NCBI RefSeq assembly: GCF_042733155.1
Contig: NZ_JBHWGP010000001.1
Span: forward strand, 544,177 to 568,176
DNA from: Streptomyces sp. NPDC059740
Lineage (GTDB): Bacteria > Actinomycetota > Actinomycetes > Streptomycetales > Streptomycetaceae
Length of the DNA: 24,000 nt
Reading direction: 5' to 3'
Shown here: in pieces, positions 19,131-24,000 of the stretch
Position numbering within the stretch: position 1 is the stretch's first letter
How the letters are laid out: every line of letters begins with the position of its first letter
The notes under the pieces: model-generated
The model's input: only the letters and a program-made list of their open reading frames with translations
Told to the model about the DNA's origin: nothing
Database searches by the model: none
Position numbers and translations under genes: made by a program

Positions 19131-19465
19131 GGGACCCCTCGGACGGTTCGTACGCGGGCTGCTTCTGTGCAGTTAAGTTACGCTCCGCACGGGCACCCCG
19201 GCAGTGCTTTCGGACGACCATCGTAGGCAGTTCCGCGCAGGAGCCGGGCACCAGGCGGTCGGGCGGTGGTAGTGTGCGCGCCTTTCCCGGCCGGGCCGGG
19301 CCGGCGGGCGACGGCCCGCGGGCCGCGGCCGGCCCACCGGGGAGGGGTGGAAGCGAACCCCCGGACGCGGCAGCGGAGTCGGCGCCCGCGCGGGCCGCGA
19401 CCGCAGGTCCGCAGCCGCCCGCGGTCGTCCGCCGCCCCCGTGGTGAGCCGGGGGTGCCCGCCCGG

Positions 19466-19960
19466 TCAGTCGTCCTCGTGCTCCCGTTCGGCGAGCCGGA
19501 TCACGCAGACCGCGACGGCGATCAGCAGTGAGGGATCGGCGTCCTCCCGGACCACGTTGACCCCGTAGGCGTCCCGCAGGCTCAGCCAGCGGCGGGAGAT
19601 CTCGGCGAGCAGCTCCCCGTCGTACTCGACCGCGAACTCCCGGTCCAGGACGGAGCCGCTGACGTCCAGCTCGGTGCCGTCGACCAGCTCCACGCGGTAG
19701 TGGTTGCGCAGCAGCGAGAGCCGCTTGCGGCGGATGGTCGCCAGTTCCTCCCCGCCGCGTTCGATGACCATGGTGTCGCGCAGCGCGAACCACTTCTTGT
19801 GGATGGTGATCAGGACGCGGCCGTCGGCGTCCTTCATCTCGAAGGTCTCGCGCAGCCGCAGCGCCTTGCCGTCCACGAGGTAGACGTGGCGGCCGTGTTC
19901 GTCGTCGATCCAGTAGTCGTCGCCGATGCCGAAGATGCGGTCGTGTACCTGGAATCTCAT
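19466..19960 (-). CDS. LURP-one-related (DUF567, tubby C-terminal-like/scramblase-like fold) protein of unknown function
   Basis: ATG at 19960 opens a 164-aa product. The beta-rich repeats read FGIGDDYWIDDEHGRHVYLVDGKALRLRETFEMKDADGRVLITIHKKWFALRDTMVIERGGEELATIRRK. The C-terminal hydrophobic helix is PSLLIAVAVCVIRL. The upstream 251 codons of ORF 19466..20713 overlap the next gene and are rejected. Confidence 0.78.
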   Translation of the reverse strand: MRFQVHDRIFGIGDDYWIDDEHGRHVYLVDGKALRLRETFEMKDADGRVLITIHKKWFALRDTMVIERGGEELATIRRKRLSLLRNHYRVELVDGTELDVSGSVLDREFAVEYDGELLAEISRRWLSLRDAYGVNVVREDADPSLLIAVAVCVIRLAEREHEDD

Positions 19961-20151
19961 GCCCGGATACTGCCCCCATCCGGCCGCGACGTGCGTCCGG
20001 CGCAGCGGATCACCGCGAAGTGTCCCCGGTCCGTCCACGCCGTGGTGACGCGGACGGGCCTGTCCGGGCGCCCGCGGGGCCCGGCCGTGGGGCGACGCGG
20101 CCCCCGCCCGGCCGGGCCCGTACGCACCGGCCCCACTCGGCTCGATGCGGC

Positions 20152-21288
20152 TCAGCTCAGGGCGGCGAGCACCTCGCGGGAGAAGGCGGTGATGTCCTCG
20201 GCGCGGCCGTCCCGCACCTTCGCCGCCCACTCGGGGTCGGCCAGCAGTCCGCGGCCGATGGCGACCAGGTCGAACTCGTCCCGCTCCAGGCGCTCCAGCA
20301 GCGGTGCGATGTCGGAGCGCGAGGAGGGGTGGCCGGCGAAGGAGGAGGTGAAGGTGTTGTCCAGGCCGACCGAACCGACGGTGATGGTCGGCTTGGCGGT
20401 GAGCTTCTTGACCCAGCCGGCGAGGTTGAGGTCGGTGTCGCCCTCGAACTCCGGCAGCCAGTACCGGCGCGTGGAGGCGTGGAAGACGTCCACCCCCGCG
20501 TCGACCAGCGGGGTGAGCAGGGCGTCGAGCTCCTGCGGGGTCTGCGCCAGCTTCGCCTGGTAGTCGCTCTGCTTCCACTGCGAGAGCCGCAGCACCACCG
20601 GGAAGGACGGCGAGACCTTCTCCCGCACGGCCGCGACGATCTCGGCGAGGAAGCGGGTGCGGGCCACCAGGTCGCCGCCGTAGGAGTCGGTGCGCCGGTT
20701 GGTCACGCTCCACAGGAACTGGTCGAGCAGGTAGCCGTGGGCGCCGTGCAGCTCCACACCGTCGAAGCCGCGCTGCTGGGCCTCGGCCGCGGCGGTGGCG
20801 AAGGCCGCGATGATCTCGTCGAGGTCGGCACCGGTCAGGGTGGAGCGCTCGTCACCCAGCGGGGTGCCGTCCAGCGCCAGCCCCGACGGGCCGACGACGG
20901 GTGCCTCCACCACGGGCGGGGCGCCGGCGGCGCGGGCGGCGCCCACGTGCCACAGCTGCGGCATGATGCGCCCGCCCGCGGCGTGCACGGCGCGCACCAC
21001 GTTCTCCCAGCCGGCGAGCGCGTCCTCGCCGTGGAACCGGGGCACGCGGTCGCTGGTGCCGGCCGAGGCGTGGTCCACGTAGGTGCCCTCGGTGATGATC
21101 AGCCCGGTGCCGCCGGCGGCGCGGCGGGCGTAGTACTCCGCGACGTCCTGACCGGGTACGCCACCGGGGGAGAACTCGCGGGTCATCGGCGCCATCACGA
21201 CCCGGTTGGGGAGCTCGAGCTCACCGATGGAGAAGGGGCGGAAGAGCGGCTGCACGGCGACGGGTTCGGCAGGTGTGGCGGTGGTCAC
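20152..21288 (-). CDS. NADH:flavin oxidoreductase of the Old Yellow Enzyme family
   Basis: The sequence LELPNRVVMAPMTR...GLIITEGT...MPQLWHVG...GFDGVELHGAHGYLLDQFL....N.RTD.YGG is the OYE signature. I prefer the GTG start at 21288, preceded by gaggag plus a 6-nt spacer. The alternative ATG at 21321 adds 11 aa. Confidence 0.9.
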   Translation of the reverse strand: MTTATPAEPVAVQPLFRPFSIGELELPNRVVMAPMTREFSPGGVPGQDVAEYYARRAAGGTGLIITEGTYVDHASAGTSDRVPRFHGEDALAGWENVVRAVHAAGGRIMPQLWHVGAARAAGAPPVVEAPVVGPSGLALDGTPLGDERSTLTGADLDEIIAAFATAAAEAQQRGFDGVELHGAHGYLLDQFLWSVTNRRTDSYGGDLVARTRFLAEIVAAVREKVSPSFPVVLRLSQWKQSDYQAKLAQTPQELDALLTPLVDAGVDVFHASTRRYWLPEFEGDTDLNLAGWVKKLTAKPTITVGSVGLDNTFTSSFAGHPSSRSDIAPLLERLERDEFDLVAIGRGLLADPEWAAKVRDGRAEDITAFSREVLAALS

Positions 21289-21424
21289 GGGGGACTCCTC
21301 GGGTCGGGATGCCCTTGGCAACGCCGCGACGTGCCCCCGCTATTTCGCGCAGCGGGCCCCGGCCGCGGTTTCGTGGCGGAGGTCACGGGGCGGGCGGGGG
21401 ACGCAGGGATGGCACCCTTGAAAG

Positions 21425-23389
21425 ATGAACGATCCCGCGCCCACCCCCGCGCCCGCGTCCCCGCGCCGTACCCGTGTCCGTGCCCCCGAGCTGATCGGCA
21501 AGGGCGGCTGGCTGAACACCGGGGGTAAGAACCTCACCCTGTCCGACCTGCGTGGACGCGTGGTCCTGCTCGACTTCTGGACCTTCTGCTGCGTGAACTG
21601 CCTGCACGTCCTGGACGAGCTGCGGGAGCTGGAGGAGCGGCACAGCGACACGGTGGTGACCGTCGGGGTCCACTCGCCGAAGTTCGTGCACGAGGCGGAG
21701 CACCAGGCCGTGGTGGACGCGGTGGAGCGGTACGGCGTCGAGCACCCGGTGCTGGACGACCCGGAGCTGGCCACCTGGAAGGCGTACGCGGTCCGGGCCT
21801 GGCCGACGCTGGTCGTGATCGACCCCGAGGGGTACGTCGTCGCCCAGCACGCGGGTGAGGGGCACGCCCACGCCATCGAGGCGCTCGTCGCCGAGCTGGA
21901 GGCGGAGCACGAGGCCAAGGGCACGCTGCGGCGCGGCGACGGCCCGTACGTGCCGCCGGAGCCGGTCGCCACCGACCTGCGTTTCCCCGGCAAGGCCCTG
22001 CGGCTGCCCGGCGGCAACCTCCTGGTCTCGGACACCACCCGCCACCAGCTCGTGGAGCTCGCGGCGGACGGCGAGAGCGTGGTGCGGCGGATCGGGGACG
22101 GCGGGCGGGGGTTCGTCGACGGCCCCGCCGCAACCGCCCGCTTCCAGGAGCCGCAGGGCCTCGCGCTGCTCCCGGCCGAGGAGGGCGGTGCGGCGCGGAC
22201 CGTGGTCGTCGCGGACACCGTCAACCACGCGCTGCGCACCTACGACCTGGTCACTGGTGAGGTCGCGACGGTGGCGGGCACCGGCCGGCAGTGGTGGCAG
22301 GGCTCCCCGACGACGGGCGCCGCCCGCGAGGTCGACCTCTCCTCCCCCTGGGACGTCGCGGTCTTCGAGGACCGCGTCTGGATCGCCATGGCCGGTGTCC
22401 ACCAGCTGTGGACCTGGGACCCGGACCTCGGCACCGTCGCCGTCGCGGCGGGCACCACCAACGAGGGGCTGGTAGACGGCCCGGCCGACGAGGCGTGGTT
22501 CGCGCAGCCCTCGGGGCTCGCCGCCGCCGGGGACCGGCTGTGGGTCGCCGACTCCGAGACCAGCGCGGTGCGCTGGATCGACCGCCGGCCCGAGCGGGAG
22601 ACCGGCTCCGACGCTCCCGGGGCGGGCCCGGGTGCCCCCAGCGCGGGCGGGGCGGCCCGCGGTTCCGGGTACTTCGTCCACACCGCCGTCGGCACCGGGC
22701 TCTTCGACTTCGGCCACCGGGACGGCGAGGCGGGGCAGGCACTGCTCCAGCACCCGCTGGGCGTCACGGCGCTGCCCGACGGCTCGGTTGCGGTCGCCGA
22801 CACCTACAACCACGCGCTGCGCCGCTACGACCCCGCCACCGGCGAGGTGACCACCCTCGCCACCGACCTGCGCGAGCCCTCGGACGCCGTGCTGGTGGCG
22901 GGGGACGGGCCCGGCGCGGTGCCGGAGATCGTCGTGGTGGAGTCGGCGCGGCACCGGCTGACCCGGCTGCGCCTGCCCGAGGAGGCGGTGGCCGTGGACG
23001 CCGTCGCGCACCGCACCCAGCGCGCCGCCACCGAGGTGGCCCCCGGCACGCTCAGCCTCGACGTGGTCTTCCAGGCGCCGGCCGGCCAGAAGCTGGACGA
23101 CCGCTACGGCCCGTCCACGCGTCTGCTGGTCAGCTCGACCCCGCCCGAGCTGCTGGCCGAGGGGGCCGGCACCGGCACCGACCTCTTCCGCGAGCTGCGG
23201 CTGGCCGAGGGCGTCACCGAGGGCGTACTGCACGTCTCGGCGATGGCGGCCTCCTGCGACGACGCACCGGAGATCGAGTACCCGGCCTGCCACGTCCACC
23301 AGCAGGACTGGGGCGTGCCGGTGCGGGTCACGCCCGGCGGGACGGGCCGGCTGGCGCTGGTGCTGGCGGGGATGGACGCGCGCTCGTGA
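21425..23389 (+). CDS. Thioredoxin-like (redoxin/AhpC-TSA) domain fused to an NHL-repeat beta-propeller and a C-terminal beta-rich domain
   Basis: ATG at 21425. The N-terminal sequence LRGRVVLLDFWTFCCVNCLHVLDEL...HSPKF...WPTLVVIDPEGYVV carries a CxxC redox motif. Repeated NHL-like blades follow (PGKALRL..G.LLVSDT..H, VVADTVNHALR.YD, LWVADSETSAVR, VAVADTYNHALRRYD). Confidence 0.88.
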   Translation: MNDPAPTPAPASPRRTRVRAPELIGKGGWLNTGGKNLTLSDLRGRVVLLDFWTFCCVNCLHVLDELRELEERHSDTVVTVGVHSPKFVHEAEHQAVVDAVERYGVEHPVLDDPELATWKAYAVRAWPTLVVIDPEGYVVAQHAGEGHAHAIEALVAELEAEHEAKGTLRRGDGPYVPPEPVATDLRFPGKALRLPGGNLLVSDTTRHQLVELAADGESVVRRIGDGGRGFVDGPAATARFQEPQGLALLPAEEGGAARTVVVADTVNHALRTYDLVTGEVATVAGTGRQWWQGSPTTGAAREVDLSSPWDVAVFEDRVWIAMAGVHQLWTWDPDLGTVAVAAGTTNEGLVDGPADEAWFAQPSGLAAAGDRLWVADSETSAVRWIDRRPERETGSDAPGAGPGAPSAGGAARGSGYFVHTAVGTGLFDFGHRDGEAGQALLQHPLGVTALPDGSVAVADTYNHALRRYDPATGEVTTLATDLREPSDAVLVAGDGPGAVPEIVVVESARHRLTRLRLPEEAVAVDAVAHRTQRAATEVAPGTLSLDVVFQAPAGQKLDDRYGPSTRLLVSSTPPELLAEGAGTGTDLFRELRLAEGVTEGVLHVSAMAASCDDAPEIEYPACHVHQQDWGVPVRVTPGGTGRLALVLAGMDARS

Positions 23390-23456
23390 TCAATACACCT
23401 GGAGGTGCCGCTCACGCCTCCCGGGCGGCCGACTCGGGAGGCACGGGGGCGTCGGC

Positions 23457-24000
23457 TCAGCCGAGGTCGTAACCGAGCGCCCGGTAGCGGGAGTTGGTCC
23501 ACCAGGTCAGCTTCGGGGTCCCGAGGACGCGGAAGCTGAACTCGTTCTGGTCGACCTTGGTGTGTGTGATCATCTCGTCGTCGCGGTCCCCGAGGTCCAA
23601 CTCAGCGGTGTAGTGGGCCGAGTCGATGAGGGTGCCCTTCGTGGAGCCGGCCGGTTCGACGCGGAAGACCGCGTACGCACGGGAGTTGGGCCTCACGGTG
23701 ACGCTGCCGTGCCCCAGGAACGGCTTGTTGACGTCCGCGGCGGGCAGCGGGTGCCGCGGTGCGGAGTCGGGGGTGCCCTTCTTCACGAAGGCGAGCAGCG
23801 GCCGCCATTCCAGCCGGCAGGTGCGGCTGGAGCGGTTGCGCGCGGTGAGCAGCATGCGGGTGTCGCCGTCCTCTCCCTTGACCGACGAGAGATACGGGCG
23901 CATCAGCGAGCAGCGGCCTATCGAGGACGCGCTCGTCGTGCGGCTCGGGGTCGGCGTCGCCGGTGTGCTCGTGCGGTGCCTGCCGATGCGGTACTTGCTG
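23457..24000 (-). CDS. Partial CDS for a secreted or lipoprotein-like DUF4232-like protein; the 5' end lies outside the window
   Basis: The minus-strand frame stays open from the window edge (23999) to TGA at 23457-23459, so the ATG at 23903 is probably internal. GC3 is high. A Ser/Thr/Pro-rich linker is followed by C..L......G...G.TRMLLTARNRSSRTCRLEWRPLL, which resembles the DUF4232 pattern. The family call is tentative. Confidence 0.6.
   Translation of the reverse strand, partial: SKYRIGRHRTSTPATPTPSRTTSASSIGRCSLMRPYLSSVKGEDGDTRMLLTARNRSSRTCRLEWRPLLAFVKKGTPDSAPRHPLPAADVNKPFLGHGSVTVRPNSRAYAVFRVEPAGSTKGTLIDSAHYTAELDLGDRDDEMITHTKVDQNEFSFRVLGTPKLTWWTNSRYRALGYDLG

Noticed and set aside
23416-23442. 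A hairpin (gcctcccg ... cgggaggc) between the convergent Trx-NHL and DUF4232-like genes, considered as a terminator.
   Set aside because: It has only an 8-bp stem with an 11-nt loop and no U-tract, which is too weak to annotate as a feature.

Overview
This window is very GC-rich with strong third-position GC bias, which fits a Streptomyces-type actinobacterial chromosome. I support 19 protein-coding genes. In order they are: a partial quinone oxidoreductase; a secreted disordered repeat protein; the proteasome activator Bpa; an MFS transporter; two divergently transcribed Hanks-type Ser/Thr kinases; an APH-family phosphotransferase; a three-gene 2-oxoacid dehydrogenase operon (E1alpha, E1beta, E2, bkdABC-like); a NUDIX hydrolase; an Rpf+LysM muralytic enzyme; a translationally coupled GntR(FadR-type)/MFS pair; a mycothiol-dependent MDMPI/DinB-like enzyme; a LURP-one-related (DUF567) protein; an Old-Yellow-Enzyme flavin oxidoreductase; a thioredoxin-NHL fusion; and a partial DUF4232-like protein. 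I found no rRNA, tRNA, CRISPR array, transposase, integrase or recognisable defence genes. The window reads as core chromosome rather than an island, and I cannot honestly point to a clear new multi-gene system. The observations most worth a second look are listed here. (1) A ydaO-type c-di-AMP riboswitch candidate lies in the Rpf leader, and its outer helix would sequester the Shine-Dalgarno sequence. (2) Two unrelated tandem-repeat arrays (9-bp x ~11 and ~18-bp x 4) sit in the 514-bp spacer upstream of the GntR/MFS operon. (3) The paralogous kinases are separated by a 582-bp spacer centred on a perfect 10-bp inverted repeat. (4) A 27-bp tandem repeat straddles the stop codon of an MFS gene. 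(5) An uncharacterised tubby-like DUF567 gene is embedded among thiol/redox genes. (6) A disordered surface protein carries a non-canonical sortase-like C-terminus. Family assignments come from motif recognition by eye and from memory; no database search was run.
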